Part shown: one piece after another, positions 7,515 through 17,368 of the stretch
How positions within the stretch are numbered: position 1 is the stretch's first letter
Layout: each line of letters begins with the position of its first letter
IMG/VR virus record: IMGVR_UViG_3300006155_000009
From: an uncultured virus (IMG/VR IMGVR_UViG_3300006155_000009)
Lineage: Duplodnaviria > Heunggongvirae > Uroviricota > Caudoviricetes
DNA: 64,000 bases
Strand: one strand, 5' to 3'
Notes under the pieces: generated by a model
What the model was told of the DNA's origin: nothing
The model's input: the letters and a program-made list of their open reading frames with translations, nothing else
Database searches by the model: none
Made by a program: the position numbers and the translations under genes

Positions 7515-7863
7515 GTGCGTCCCTCCCCGCAATCATGCCCTGCACAAACACCTCGACTTTTTCCCGCTCCTCCGGCGTCAATTGAATAAGGCGCTCAACC
7601 AAATTTGCATCCAAAGTAGGCCCGTCCCCATCCGTGGGGGCGGGCTTTTCCTTCTTTTCTGCGCGTCCAAGAAGATAGTCAGTGGATACGCCGAAGTAAT
7701 CAGCAATGCGATTGATTTCGTCAATAGTTCGTGGTTCCCGCGCTCCGCTCTCCCACATTCCAACGGTGCCTTTAGAAACTCCAAATTCTGCAGCAAAGTC
7801 CCTCTGGGTCATCCCTTTGCTTTCACGCAATTCCTTTAAACGGATTTTGAACATTTTCGGCAC
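7501..7863 (-). CDS. CI-like repressor (XRE HTH)
   Basis: LKELRESKGMTQRDFAAEFGVSKGTVGMWESGAREP; divergent from cro. Confidence 0.9.
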   Translation of the reverse strand: MPKMFKIRLKELRESKGMTQRDFAAEFGVSKGTVGMWESGAREPRTIDEINRIADYFGVSTDYLLGRAEKKEKPAPTDGDGPTLDANLVERLIQLTPEEREKVEVFVQGMIAGRDAHGSR

Positions 7864-7884
7864 CCCCTTATGTGTTTATTATAA

Positions 7885-8020
7885 TCACAAACTGTGAGTT
7901 TCAACAAGGGGGCAAATATTTTTTTCTAAATTTGGTCACTAACCGTTGACTTTCAAAATTGGATATGCTATGATTGCCCACAGAACGTGACCACAATTTG
8001 TGACCGCCCATAAACTGTGA
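7885..8020. promoter_or_regulatory. Lysis-lysogeny switch: operators and rightward promoter
   Basis: 13-bp (T/C)CA(C/T)A-n4-GTGA boxes at 7885, 7978, 7991, 8008; TTGACT(7946)-17-TATGAT(7969). Confidence 0.75.
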
Positions 8021-8043
8021 GCGCAGATAAGGAGGTGATTTTC

Positions 8044-8280
8044 ATGAACACTTGTTTTCGAATTAGAGAGCTCAGGCGGCGAAGCGGAATTACACAGGCA
8101 CAGCTTGCAGCAAGTTTGGGGCTGAGGAGTTCCAGCACAATCACCATGTGGGAAACCGGGGATCGCAATCCATCCAGTTCCATTCTTCCGCGCTTGGCAG
8201 ATGCGCTGGGTTGCTCTATTGATGAGCTCTACGAGCGGGACTCCCCGGAGCCAGTTGGAGCGGGCTGCTCCAGTCCATGA
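8044..8280 (+). CDS. Cro-like HTH regulator
   Basis: IRELRRRSGITQAQLAASLG..TITMWETGDRNP; AAGGAGGTG RBS. Confidence 0.9.
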   Translation: MNTCFRIRELRRRSGITQAQLAASLGLRSSSTITMWETGDRNPSSSILPRLADALGCSIDELYERDSPEPVGAGCSSP

Positions 8281-8425
8281 GAAATCATCCTGGGCGGCAA
8301 AGAAAACACCCCGCCAGGTGCTGACGACACCTGACAGGGCAAGCGACCTATTACAACCGACAAAAGGCCACAGTTGGATTATATCACATCCCCCTGCTGG
8401 CTGACAAGTACTCAATCGACAAGGA

Positions 8426-8656
8426 GTGACGCAAATGACACTTATGACCCGAAAAGAGGCTGCGGCCCGGCTGGGGATGTCATTGCCCACGCTGGATCAG
8501 GAGCGCAGCACCGGCCGGCTGGCCTACATACAACGGAAACCTGGCAGCAAGGTTTGGATCACCGACGAGGCCATTGCCGAGTACCTGGCGCGGGCCACCC
8601 ACCAGGCCCGACCGGAACTGAGAACGTCCCGGATGGCCTATCGGCGGCGGGCCTGA
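8426..8656 (+). CDS. Excisionase-like HTH DNA-binding protein
   Basis: LMTRKEAAARLGMSLPTLD.. winged-HTH pattern. Confidence 0.75.
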   Translation: MTQMTLMTRKEAAARLGMSLPTLDQERSTGRLAYIQRKPGSKVWITDEAIAEYLARATHQARPELRTSRMAYRRRA

Positions 8657-8678
8657 CCGCAGAAAGGAGTTTTTACAG

Positions 8679-8909
8679 ATGAGACGCAAACGGAGCTTGG
8701 CCTCGGTGCTTTTCGAGCTGGCCGCCGTGCTCCTGATAACTATCGCCGCATTTGCATGGGGCGTGAAAACGGCCCGGATCGAGCGGGGCTATGAGGCTAT
8801 CGGCGGGGAGTACCTGCTCCTCCTGCTCCCGGCTATCTACTACACCGGCAAGCGGACAGTGCTGGACTGGATCACCGACCTCCGGGAATTGACGAAAGGA
8901 CGGTACTAA
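8679..8909 (+). CDS. Small membrane protein
   Basis: Two hydrophobic segments; ERGYEAIGGE motif. Confidence 0.7.
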   Translation: MRRKRSLASVLFELAAVLLITIAAFAWGVKTARIERGYEAIGGEYLLLLLPAIYYTGKRTVLDWITDLRELTKGRY

Positions 8910-8911
8910 GC

Positions 8912-9154
8912 ATGGACAGAAACGTTAGAGGCGGTACCCTCCTGATTAAGACCACTGGTGACCAGTCTGAGGTGGAAATCTCCGGGTCTTCCGCAGACAT
9001 CATGTTCAACTGGACGGCTCTGACCCATCAGGTCAGCAAGACGCTGAACATCCCCCCGGTTTCCCTTGCCGCTATGCTACCGCATTTGGTCGGCGACTAC
9101 CAACGCACCGCCCTCAAGTATGAGATCAGGATGGGAGGGAAAATGCGTGGCTGA
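8912..9154 (+). CDS. Hypothetical protein
   Basis: RBS; operon continuity. Confidence 0.65.
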   Translation: MDRNVRGGTLLIKTTGDQSEVEISGSSADIMFNWTALTHQVSKTLNIPPVSLAAMLPHLVGDYQRTALKYEIRMGGKMRG

Positions 9155-9488
9155 AACAACGACCATCCTCACGATGGATGAACTTATCACTGGACTTGGT
9201 GACATCCGAGCCACCACCGAAGGCAAAGGGCGGGAGATTTGCCAGACGGCAGCAAACATCCTTTTTGCCCTGTCTGAAGAAGGTGCCAAGACCTCGGAGG
9301 ACGCCCTTGACATCCTCCACGACTACCGGCTCCAGGCCAAGCAGTCCGCTGCCCTCCGCAGCAAGCACGCAGTCGCCGGCAAGCCCTCTTTGAAGGATGG
9401 TGTGTGGCACTGCCCGGACTGCAACCGCAGGGTGGCACCCAACCACTCCTTCTGCCACCGCTGTGGGAAAAAGCTGGGCTGGAGGTGA
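9147..9488 (+). CDS. Zinc-ribbon protein
   Basis: CPDC..CHRCG at the C-terminus. Confidence 0.7.
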   Translation: MAETTTILTMDELITGLGDIRATTEGKGREICQTAANILFALSEEGAKTSEDALDILHDYRLQAKQSAALRSKHAVAGKPSLKDGVWHCPDCNRRVAPNHSFCHRCGKKLGWR

Positions 9489-9752
9489 TTGCCTTTGGCA
9501 AACAACATAGGCGCGGACTGGACTCGGACATGTGAAGGCTGCCGCCATGTGGTTACGACTCCATGGCCGGTGAAAGGCTCTTACGCCGATGCGGTCACAG
9601 CCTACCGATGCTTTGCGCCAGGGCCGCACCAGGGCTACCACATCGGAACGGAGCGCTTCTTGCCCTACATCCCAGCGTGGTGCCCGGAACGAAAGAAAAC
9701 CGCCCCCGATGCCGCAAACATCGAGGACGGGAGGCCGAAAGGCCAAATTTAA
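9489..9752 (+). CDS. Cys-rich hypothetical protein
   Basis: GGAGGTG RBS; CEGC..C..PAWCP. Confidence 0.55.
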   Translation: MPLANNIGADWTRTCEGCRHVVTTPWPVKGSYADAVTAYRCFAPGPHQGYHIGTERFLPYIPAWCPERKKTAPDAANIEDGRPKGQI

Positions 9753-9794
9753 GTACACCCTCAGTATAGAGGGCTAAGGAAGGAATGTCAAGCC

Positions 9795-10181
9795 ATGAAC
9801 GAATGGTATGAGCAGGCCAAGAGTAAACTGGAGGCCGAGAAAAAGGCTGGCAGCTACGACAGGTATGCCAGCGCCATGAAGGGTGCCGTGTGCGAGGCCC
9901 TGGACGGGTTCTGCCGCCAGGATGCGGAGTTTGCCCAGGCAGTGGTCCAGGGTGGCACCTTCGCCGACTGCATGAAGGCGGTGGCCAAGGGCTGCGGGAG
10001 TGCGATCTCCGACCTGGAGGCGTTCCGCCGGGCGGTGAGGTTCTACTTCCCCGGCGCCGATGTGAAGTTCCACATGACGGTCAACCTCTGCGCCGACGTG
10101 GAGGCCGAGGCCGAGGTTGCGGCTGCGGCTCTGGTGGCCAGCACCGGCCCGAAGATCCTCGACCTTGAGGATTTTTTGTAA
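9795..10181 (+). CDS. PcfK-like (AcrIIA9-related family) protein
   Basis: Sequence pattern (FCRQDAEFAQAV..SDLEAFRRAVRFYF) and position upstream of a PcfJ-like gene. Confidence 0.6.
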   Translation: MNEWYEQAKSKLEAEKKAGSYDRYASAMKGAVCEALDGFCRQDAEFAQAVVQGGTFADCMKAVAKGCGSAISDLEAFRRAVRFYFPGADVKFHMTVNLCADVEAEAEVAAAALVASTGPKILDLEDFL

Positions 10182-10194
10182 GGAGGCGGACACA

Positions 10195-11961
10195 GTGACA
10201 GAGCAGAAAAAAGCCGAGCAATTCGCCGGCAAGGCCCCGCCCCTGAACCAGGCGGAGCGGGACGCCATCAACGCCCTGTTCCCCGCGTACATCTTCCGTC
10301 GCTCCCGCACCGATGAGATCTGGACTACCTGCTGCCGCAAGCACATGGTGGTGACGGATGAGGACATGATGGTGACCACGCCGGAGCAGAACTTCCCGGC
10401 GGTCATGTGGGAGCCCCACCAGCGGGAGCAGAGGAACCGCTGGGATGATGCGCCCAAGCCGACCGTGCAGTGTCCCCTCTGTGGGAGGATGGTCATTGTA
10501 AAGGAGCTGCGCTACACCGGCGGGCGGGACAACCTGAGCCGGTACCGGCGGGTGGTAGTCCTTCGGTGGTACCGTGGGGCACTGTGGGCCAGGGCTTATG
10601 ACTGCGGCAAGCACTACAGCAAAGACAAGGGGTACAGCCTCACGGGAGAGCCCAAAATCAAGCTGGTGGGCGTGTATCGGTTCAAGCCTGGACTGGCGGA
10701 GGCAACCACCAGAGACTGGTACTGGGAGCAGCCCTTCATGTCGATTGAGCGCCAGGACGGGCCGCTCACCAAAGGGAAATGGCACATCCACGGCCCATTC
10801 ACCGCCAATGCGGACTATGGCGTTGGCTATGATGTGATCGGCCTGGATGAGATACAGAAAAGCCCCTTCCGCTACTGCATGGCGGAGGAGGCCGAACGGA
10901 AATTCACAAAATTCCTGCATTTCCTGACGGCCTGTTGCTTTTACCCCCGGCAGATCGAGATGCTGATGAAGGCCGGGATGAGCGACGTGGTCATGGATTT
11001 CGTTGAGCGGGGTGTGAAGCACGCCGCAGCCATCAATTGGGACGAGCCGAACCCCTCGAAAGCCTTCGGCTTGAACCGGCAGGATATGAAGACCTTCCTC
11101 GGCACAAACCGCGATATTCAGATCTTGGAGTTGCGCAAGCGGCTGAAGGGCCGTGTTCCGCTGACACAGTGCGCGGAGTGGATGAGGGATGGCCTGAACA
11201 TTCAGAAAACCTTCTCTGCCGCAAAGAAGTGGAACCTGCCCCCGGAAAAGCTGATCCGGTATCTGGACGGCTATGTGGGGTGCGCCCAGTACGGTGGCAT
11301 GAGCAGCCTTGAATCGGCCCTGCGGTTCTGGGAGGACTACCTTACCGCCGCCGAGGCCACGGGCTACCTTCTCCACCGGGAAAACGTCCTGCTCCCCCGG
11401 AACCTGGGGACGGCTCACGACGAGGCCACGAAAAAGCATCAGGCGAAGCTGGCGCGTGAACGTGCCGCCCAGCAGCGCGAATGGGAACGTCAGCGGAAAG
11501 CGGCGCAGGCCGAACACGACCGCCAGGTGCGTCTGGCTGAAGAAAAGTACGAGGAGCGCCGCCTGAAGCTGGAGAAAAAGTACGGCTTTGCTATGAGTGG
11601 CTATGTGATTCGGGCGCCTCTCGGCAAGGATGAAATTCTGGCTGAGGCCCGAAAGCTCCAGCACTGCGTGGGCGGCTACGCAGACCGGCACATCCAAGGG
11701 AAAACGACCATACTTTTCATGCGGAAGGCCAAAAAGCCGGACGAGCCGTGGCTAACCATTGAAATGAACGGGAACAAGCTGGTTCAAATCCATGGTTACA
11801 AAAACGAAGGTGTACACACCACCAAGGGCCGCTTTGCCCCTGATCCGCGGGAAGTCTACCGGGAATTCCTGGACACCTGGCTGGACTGGCTGAAAAAGGG
11901 CAGCAAACGTGACAAGCAGGGCAATCCCAAATTGCCCAGGAAGAAAGGAGTAGCAGCATGA
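10195..11961 (+). CDS. PcfJ-like domain protein
   Basis: C-terminal LQHCVGGYADRH..ILFMRK..P..P..TIE motif. Confidence 0.8.
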   Translation: MTEQKKAEQFAGKAPPLNQAERDAINALFPAYIFRRSRTDEIWTTCCRKHMVVTDEDMMVTTPEQNFPAVMWEPHQREQRNRWDDAPKPTVQCPLCGRMVIVKELRYTGGRDNLSRYRRVVVLRWYRGALWARAYDCGKHYSKDKGYSLTGEPKIKLVGVYRFKPGLAEATTRDWYWEQPFMSIERQDGPLTKGKWHIHGPFTANADYGVGYDVIGLDEIQKSPFRYCMAEEAERKFTKFLHFLTACCFYPRQIEMLMKAGMSDVVMDFVERGVKHAAAINWDEPNPSKAFGLNRQDMKTFLGTNRDIQILELRKRLKGRVPLTQCAEWMRDGLNIQKTFSAAKKWNLPPEKLIRYLDGYVGCAQYGGMSSLESALRFWEDYLTAAEATGYLLHRENVLLPRNLGTAHDEATKKHQAKLARERAAQQREWERQRKAAQAEHDRQVRLAEEKYEERRLKLEKKYGFAMSGYVIRAPLGKDEILAEARKLQHCVGGYADRHIQGKTTILFMRKAKKPDEPWLTIEMNGNKLVQIHGYKNEGVHTTKGRFAPDPREVYREFLDTWLDWLKKGSKRDKQGNPKLPRKKGVAA

Positions 11962-13190
11962 GCGAAATGGAAGTAACTGAGGGCCAGCTCCTCAGTAGGG
12001 ACTTTGGGGTGGGAGGCCCGCCGGCCACCCCCGAACGGACGCTGGGCGTTGTGGAGATGGAAATCCGCGTCATCCAGCACCAGACAGGCCAGGCCATACT
12101 GAATGGCGCAATCGAAATGGGCCGGCGTTTGGAAGAGGCCAAGGCCATGGTCGGGCATGGCGAGTGGGGCCCCTGGTTGAAGAAGATGGGCTATTCGCAA
12201 TCCAATGCCAACAACCTGATGCGCGTTTTCCGGGAATATGGGAGTACCCAACAGAGCCTGTTTGGCGCAGAGTCAAAGTCCCAGACGTTTGGAAGTTTGA
12301 CCTTTTCCAAAGCACTGAGCCTGCTGGCCATCCCGGACGAGGAGGAGCGGGAGCGTTTCGTGACCGAGAACGACGTGGAGCACATGAGCGTTCGGGAGCT
12401 GAACGAGGCTCTCAAGGCCAGGAACGAGGCCGAGGAAAAGGCCGCTGCCGCCGAGGATGAGGCCCGCGGACTGCGACAGGAAACGGAGCGGCTCCGGGAG
12501 AAACTCGCCGATCAGGCCCAAGCCTACAAGGCCAAGCTGACCGCTGCCGATGTGGAAACGACCGAGGCCAACAGGAAGGCACGAGAAGCCCAGGAGGCCC
12601 TTGATAAGCAGCGGGAGAAGGCTCAGCGGCTCCAGGACGCTCTGAGCGAGGCCAACGCCTCCGCCCAGGCCGCCGAGGAGGAGCACACGCGCTTGGCGCA
12701 GGAGCTGGAGGAACTCCGCAGCCGGCCAGCCGAGGCAGACACGGCGGCGGTGGAGGCCGCCCGACAGGCCGCCATCGCCGAGATGACGGAGAAGGTGGAT
12801 AAGGCCAAGGACGCCAAGAAAGAGGCCGAGGAAAAGCGCAAGGCCGCCGAGGAGTCCTTGAAGGCCGCGCAAAAGGAACTGGCCGACCTAAAGGCCAAGG
12901 GGCCGGAGGTTCGGGAGCTCACCCAGGAGGAAAAGGACGCCCTGACCGCCGAGGCGGTGGAGCGCATCAAGGCCGAAAGCGCAGAGCGAATGCAGGCCCT
13001 TGAAAAGCAGCTGTCCAAAGCTGACCCCGATACGACCACACTCATGGTGCTGTTCAAGAGCTGGCAGGAGACCTATACGAAGATGTGGGAAACTCTGAGC
13101 CGGATTGAGGTCGCAGACAGTGATAAGGCCCAAAAACTGCGGGGCGGCATCCGAAAGGTACTGGAGACCGCGCTGGAACAGATGGCCTAA
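11958..13190 (+). CDS. DUF3102 domain protein with long coiled coil
   Basis: IEMGRRLEEAKAMVGHGEWGPWL..YSQSNANNLMR; heptad-rich C-terminus. Confidence 0.85.
   Translation: MSEMEVTEGQLLSRDFGVGGPPATPERTLGVVEMEIRVIQHQTGQAILNGAIEMGRRLEEAKAMVGHGEWGPWLKKMGYSQSNANNLMRVFREYGSTQQSLFGAESKSQTFGSLTFSKALSLLAIPDEEERERFVTENDVEHMSVRELNEALKARNEAEEKAAAAEDEARGLRQETERLREKLADQAQAYKAKLTAADVETTEANRKAREAQEALDKQREKAQRLQDALSEANASAQAAEEEHTRLAQELEELRSRPAEADTAAVEAARQAAIAEMTEKVDKAKDAKKEAEEKRKAAEESLKAAQKELADLKAKGPEVRELTQEEKDALTAEAVERIKAESAERMQALEKQLSKADPDTTTLMVLFKSWQETYTKMWETLSRIEVADSDKAQKLRGGIRKVLETALEQMA
12274..12299. repeat. 26-bp palindrome copy 2 (inside the DUF3102 CDS)
   Basis: CAAAGTCCCAGACGTTTGGAAGTTTG, encoding KSQTFGSL. 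Confidence 0.8.
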
Positions 13191-13229
13191 TGCCAGATTA
13201 GGAAAGGAGGTGAAGGCATGGAAACCTTA

Positions 13230-14099
13230 GAGCCTGTTTAAAATCTCTTGACAAGAGGGGCAAAAAAGGGGATAATAAGGGAAAACGTGCAGGAGATGAG
13301 GGCAGGATGCATCAATACCCAAGTGATATCAGCCGGGAAGAATACGAGCAGATACGAGAAGATTTGGAAGGAGCGCGGAAAAAGACACGCCCAAGAGGGT
13401 ACGATTTGTACGATGTGTTTTGTGCAGTGCTGTATGTGGTGCAGGGTGGAATACAATGGCGAATGCTGCCCAGCGACTATCCCAAATGGCAGAGTGTGTA
13501 CTACTATTTCCGGGTATGGTCCGAAAAAAATGAAACGGGGGTCAGCGTTCTGGACAAAGTGCTGCAAAAATTGGTGAAACAGATACGGAACGAAGATTTA
13601 AGACGGGATAAGACTACGTTTGGAATTGTTGACGCGCAGAGCGTACAGAATGCGGACACAGGGGAAGAAAAAGGTTATGACGCAGGGAAAAAGTATCCGG
13701 AATCAAGCGTCACGTTGTCGTAGATACAATGGGACTGCCTCATGCCATAGCCGTAACAACCGCTGATGTTACAGACCGGGATGGAGCCATTCAGATGATT
13801 CTTCTGAACCTGGACAACCTTTCCTGCGTAAAGAAGTTCCTGGTAGATGGAGGATACTCCGGCGAACGTTTTGCCAATCAGGTCAAGGAGATTTGCGGCG
13901 CGCAAGTCGAGGTAGTAAAGCGCAGCGAATTACACAAGTTTGTTGTGTTGCCGCGCCGCTGGGTGGTAGAGCGTCTCTTCGGCTGACTCGACAAATTCCG
14001 CAGACTTTGGAAAAATTGTGAGCGAAAACTCTTTATTTCTCATCAGATTCTCAATCTTGCCCTCATTGCCATCCTTATTAGAAGATTTTAAACAGGCTC
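13230..14099 (+). mobile_element. IS5-family insertion sequence (870 bp)
   Basis: 17-bp perfect TIR GAGCCTGTTTAAAATCT; TTA target duplication at 13227-13229 and 14100-14102; lower GC than flanks. Confidence 0.95.
13307..14091 (+). pseudogene. IS5-family transposase (two frames, premature stop)
   Basis: orfA YPSD..WRMLP..DAQSV..GYDAGKK; -1 frame VSGIKRHVVVDT..DGGY..RWVVERLFG*; TGA at 13984-13986 replaces a conserved Trp. Confidence 0.85.
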
Positions 14100-14476
14100 T
14101 TAGACAAAAAATCGATTCTTGAAATGGGCCAGGGGTCATTTATGGAGATCGCTGATTACGGCATGGGAAAGCTCCTGGATGACATCATGGATCCAAACAC
14201 CCAGGCGACATCCCCCCGGACGATTACCATCACCTTGAAACTCACACCTAACGAGCAACGCTCGAAAGTGGCCGTCGAGTGTACTCACAAGCTCAGCTTC
14301 GGGAAAATGCTTCCCCTGGAAACCACTCTGCACGCCATAGCGGATAGAAACACCGGAGAGATGTGTATGGTGGAGGCGACTCCTCAGATTCCCGGACAGA
14401 TGGGGCTTGATGGGGACGAGCAGGAACGGCCAGTGCAGTTGAAAATCATCAGAACCGCATAGGAGGTACATAAGTC

Positions 14477-15208
14477 ATGCTGAAAGAATTTATCGCGCAC
14501 ATCCAGAAAACCACGCAGCCGTTCGTGCAGCAGGTTGATGGCAGCACGTTCGTCATCAGCGGCAACGGCAGTGTGGAGGAGATCCACCCCGCCATCTACC
14601 ACCCGGACACCCTGCCGCTCCACAGCCTGGAGGCCCTGGTGAAGATGGTGCAGACCGAGGCGGCGAACATGACCAAGCCGCTCTACATCACCATCCCCAA
14701 CCACCTGACCGTCCGCTGCTTCGGCCAGCCGGACCCCAATGCCCGGTACTTCCGGCAGGTCTACTACGAGGCCAAGGCCACCGATGTGCCGGGGTTCCAG
14801 GACGGGTTCCGGGAGTATGAGAAGGCCATCATCGAGCTGCGGAGCCGGTTCGCCCCCGGTGAGGGTGTGGAGTATCTGCTGGACCTTCTCTCCCGCATCA
14901 GCAAAGAGAACGGCGTGACCACCAATGACAACGGGGTTTCTCAGACTGTGGAGGCCCGCCAGGGCATAGCCCTTAAGACCATGGAACACATCAAGCCGCG
15001 TGTGCCGCTGCGCCCCTTCCGCACCTTCCAGGAAGTGGATCAGCCGGAAAGCGAGTTCCTCCTCCGGCTGGACGAGGACGGGAACATCGGCCTGTTCGAG
15101 GCCGACGGCGGGATGTGGAAACTGACCGCCCGGCAGACCATCAAGGCTTTCCTGGAGGCGAACCTGGCCGACCTGGTGGCCTCCGGCGGTGCGTACATCG
15201 CCCTGTAA
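14477..15208 (+). CDS. Conserved phage hypothetical protein
   Basis: AGGAGG RBS; LRPFRTFQEVDQPESEF..LFEADGGMW motif. Confidence 0.85.
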   Translation: MLKEFIAHIQKTTQPFVQQVDGSTFVISGNGSVEEIHPAIYHPDTLPLHSLEALVKMVQTEAANMTKPLYITIPNHLTVRCFGQPDPNARYFRQVYYEAKATDVPGFQDGFREYEKAIIELRSRFAPGEGVEYLLDLLSRISKENGVTTNDNGVSQTVEARQGIALKTMEHIKPRVPLRPFRTFQEVDQPESEFLLRLDEDGNIGLFEADGGMWKLTARQTIKAFLEANLADLVASGGAYIAL

Positions 15209-15232
15209 GGAAGGCCGCAGCGAAGACCATAG

Positions 15233-15314
15233 TACCCAACATCGGGCGCAAATATTTGTGTAGTTTATGGTCTGAATTAACTTGCTATTCCCATTGAACA
15301 GAGTGATTAATGTG
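15233..15314 (+). promoter_or_regulatory. Composite promoter motif copy E
   Basis: TACCCAA-16-TTGTGTAGTTTA-13-CTTGCTA-12-AGAGTGATTAATGT. Confidence 0.8.
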
Positions 15315-15415
15315 GATGCCAAAGGCCCGCCGGGTGCGTCACCACCCGACGGGCCAAGGGGCAAAAACAATTCAGTACACCTGCAGTATAGCAGGTCAGA
15401 AAGGAAAATGCAATC

Positions 15416-17368
15416 ATGAAAATGCAGCTTGTTTCCCTGACGCTTGAAAATTTCAAGTGTCACGAGCACCTGGAGATCCGTTTTGACGGCAGGAACGCCG
15501 CCATCTACGGCCAGAACGCCGCCGGCAAGTCCAGCATCTACGACGGCCTCACCTGGCTCCTGTTCGGCAAGGACAGCCACGGGAAGAAGGACTTCGACAT
15601 CAAGCCCCTCACGCTGGAGGGCAACGTGAAAGACCACCACGCGATCACCTCGGTGGAGGCGGTGCTTCTGGTGGACGGCGCGGAGCGGAAGTTGAAGCGC
15701 ACCTACTACGAGATCTGGAGCACCAAGCGCGGCAGCGCCGAGGCCACCTTCGACGGCCACAGCAGCGACTACTTTGTGGACGATGTGCCCTGCAAAAAGA
15801 ACGAGTTCGCCCGCCGGGTGGGGGAGATTATCGAGGAGAACGCCTTCCGCCTGCTCACCAGCATCACCTACTTTGCGGCGGAGCTGCCCTGGCAGGAGCG
15901 CCGGGCCACCCTGTTCGATGTGGCTGCGGTAGCCACGGACGACGAGATCCTGGCCAGCGATGCCCGGTTTGCACCCCTGACAGTAGCCATGCAGGGGCTG
16001 ACGCTGGACGATTTCCGCAAAAAGCTGGATGTTCAGCGCAAGGGGTTGAACAATGTGCGCAACGATACTCCGGCGCGGTTGGATGAGTGCAAGAAGACGG
16101 TGGCTGACCTCTCCGGTATCGACTTCCCCGCTCTGGAGCGCCAGAGGGCAGAGACGCAGGAGCGGCGGGCTGCGACCCAGCGGGAATTGGATCAGGCGGA
16201 GCAGGACGGCGGCAGAACGGAACTGCGGAACAAGCTGGCCGGCATCCGCAATGAGCTGGGGCAGCTTGAAAATGAGAACACTGCCCACCGCCTCAAGCTG
16301 AAAGCTGAAAGCGGACAGGACAAGGCCGCCGCGCTCCAGCAGAGCCTCAATTCCCTCCGCGCACGGGAAACCCGCCGCCAGCGCGACCTTGAGTATTTGC
16401 GCGGCCGCCAGACGGCCCTGGAGGGCGACGTGACGGCCTGCCGCGCCCGGTGGGATACCATCAACGGCGAGCGGTTCAAGGGCGGCTCCTGCCCCACCTG
16501 TGGCCAACCGTTGCCCAAGGGAAAGCTGGAAGCGTCCCAGGCCGCTTTTGAGAAAGACAAGGAGCGCCGCAAGAGCGAGGCGGTGGAGGCCGCAAACCGC
16601 GCCAAGGCCACGCTGGCGGGCGTCCAGGCCGACATCGCAAAGCTGGAGCAGGAGGCCACTGAGGATTTAAAGCAGGCGGACAGTCTGACCGCCCAGCTCA
16701 AGGCGCTGGAAGGCGCGCAGCGGCCGGAAATCAGCGACATGGACGGCTATGCCAGCCGGAAGGCGGAACTGGAGGCGCAGGCGGCGGAGGCTCAGAAGGA
16801 ACTGGACGGCTTGACCGCCAGCACCACCGCCCGTCAGAAGGTCCTCCGGGACGCGCTGGCCGACGTGGACCAGGAACTGGAACGGCTGGGCGGCGAGCTG
16901 GCGAAAAAGACGGCCCTGGAGTACGCCAACAAGAGGATGGAGGAGCTGCGGGCGCAAGCCGCTGCCGCATCCGATGAATTGAACCAGCTGGACGGAATGC
17001 TGTTCCTCTGCGACGAGTTCGTGCGCTACAAGGTCAAGTTCATCGAGGAGAGCATCAACCGCCGGTTCTCCCTGGTGCGGTTCCGGCTCTTCAAGGAGCA
17101 GATCAACGGCGGCCTGGAGGACTGCTGCGATGTGACGGTGAACGGCATCCCCTACGCCACTGGCCTGAACAGCGGGGCCAAGGTCAACGCCGGCATCGAC
17201 ATCATCAACACGCTTTCCAGGCACTACGGCGCCCAGGTACCCTTGTTCGTGGACAATGCCGAGAGCGTGACCCAGCTGGCCCAGGCCGACACGCAGGTGA
17301 TCCGCCTGGTGGTTTCCGAGTCCGACAAGGAATTGCGGTGTGAGCTCACCGACGGGGGGCTTCACTGA
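15416..17368 (+). CDS. SbcC/Rad50-like SMC-family ATPase
   Basis: Walker A GQNAAGKSS, coiled coil with CPTCGQ hook, LNSG signature, FVDNAES Walker B. Confidence 0.9.
   Translation: MKMQLVSLTLENFKCHEHLEIRFDGRNAAIYGQNAAGKSSIYDGLTWLLFGKDSHGKKDFDIKPLTLEGNVKDHHAITSVEAVLLVDGAERKLKRTYYEIWSTKRGSAEATFDGHSSDYFVDDVPCKKNEFARRVGEIIEENAFRLLTSITYFAAELPWQERRATLFDVAAVATDDEILASDARFAPLTVAMQGLTLDDFRKKLDVQRKGLNNVRNDTPARLDECKKTVADLSGIDFPALERQRAETQERRAATQRELDQAEQDGGRTELRNKLAGIRNELGQLENENTAHRLKLKAESGQDKAAALQQSLNSLRARETRRQRDLEYLRGRQTALEGDVTACRARWDTINGERFKGGSCPTCGQPLPKGKLEASQAAFEKDKERRKSEAVEAANRAKATLAGVQADIAKLEQEATEDLKQADSLTAQLKALEGAQRPEISDMDGYASRKAELEAQAAEAQKELDGLTASTTARQKVLRDALADVDQELERLGGELAKKTALEYANKRMEELRAQAAAASDELNQLDGMLFLCDEFVRYKVKFIEESINRRFSLVRFRLFKEQINGGLEDCCDVTVNGIPYATGLNSGAKVNAGIDIINTLSRHYGAQVPLFVDNAESVTQLAQADTQVIRLVVSESDKELRCELTDGGLH

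Larger units (their letters stand above)
13218..14462 (+). pseudogene. Conserved phage early gene interrupted by the IS after codon 4 (remainder 14103-14462)
   Basis: Removing the IS restores METLDKKSILEMGQG.. behind the AAAGGAGGTG RBS. Confidence 0.8.
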
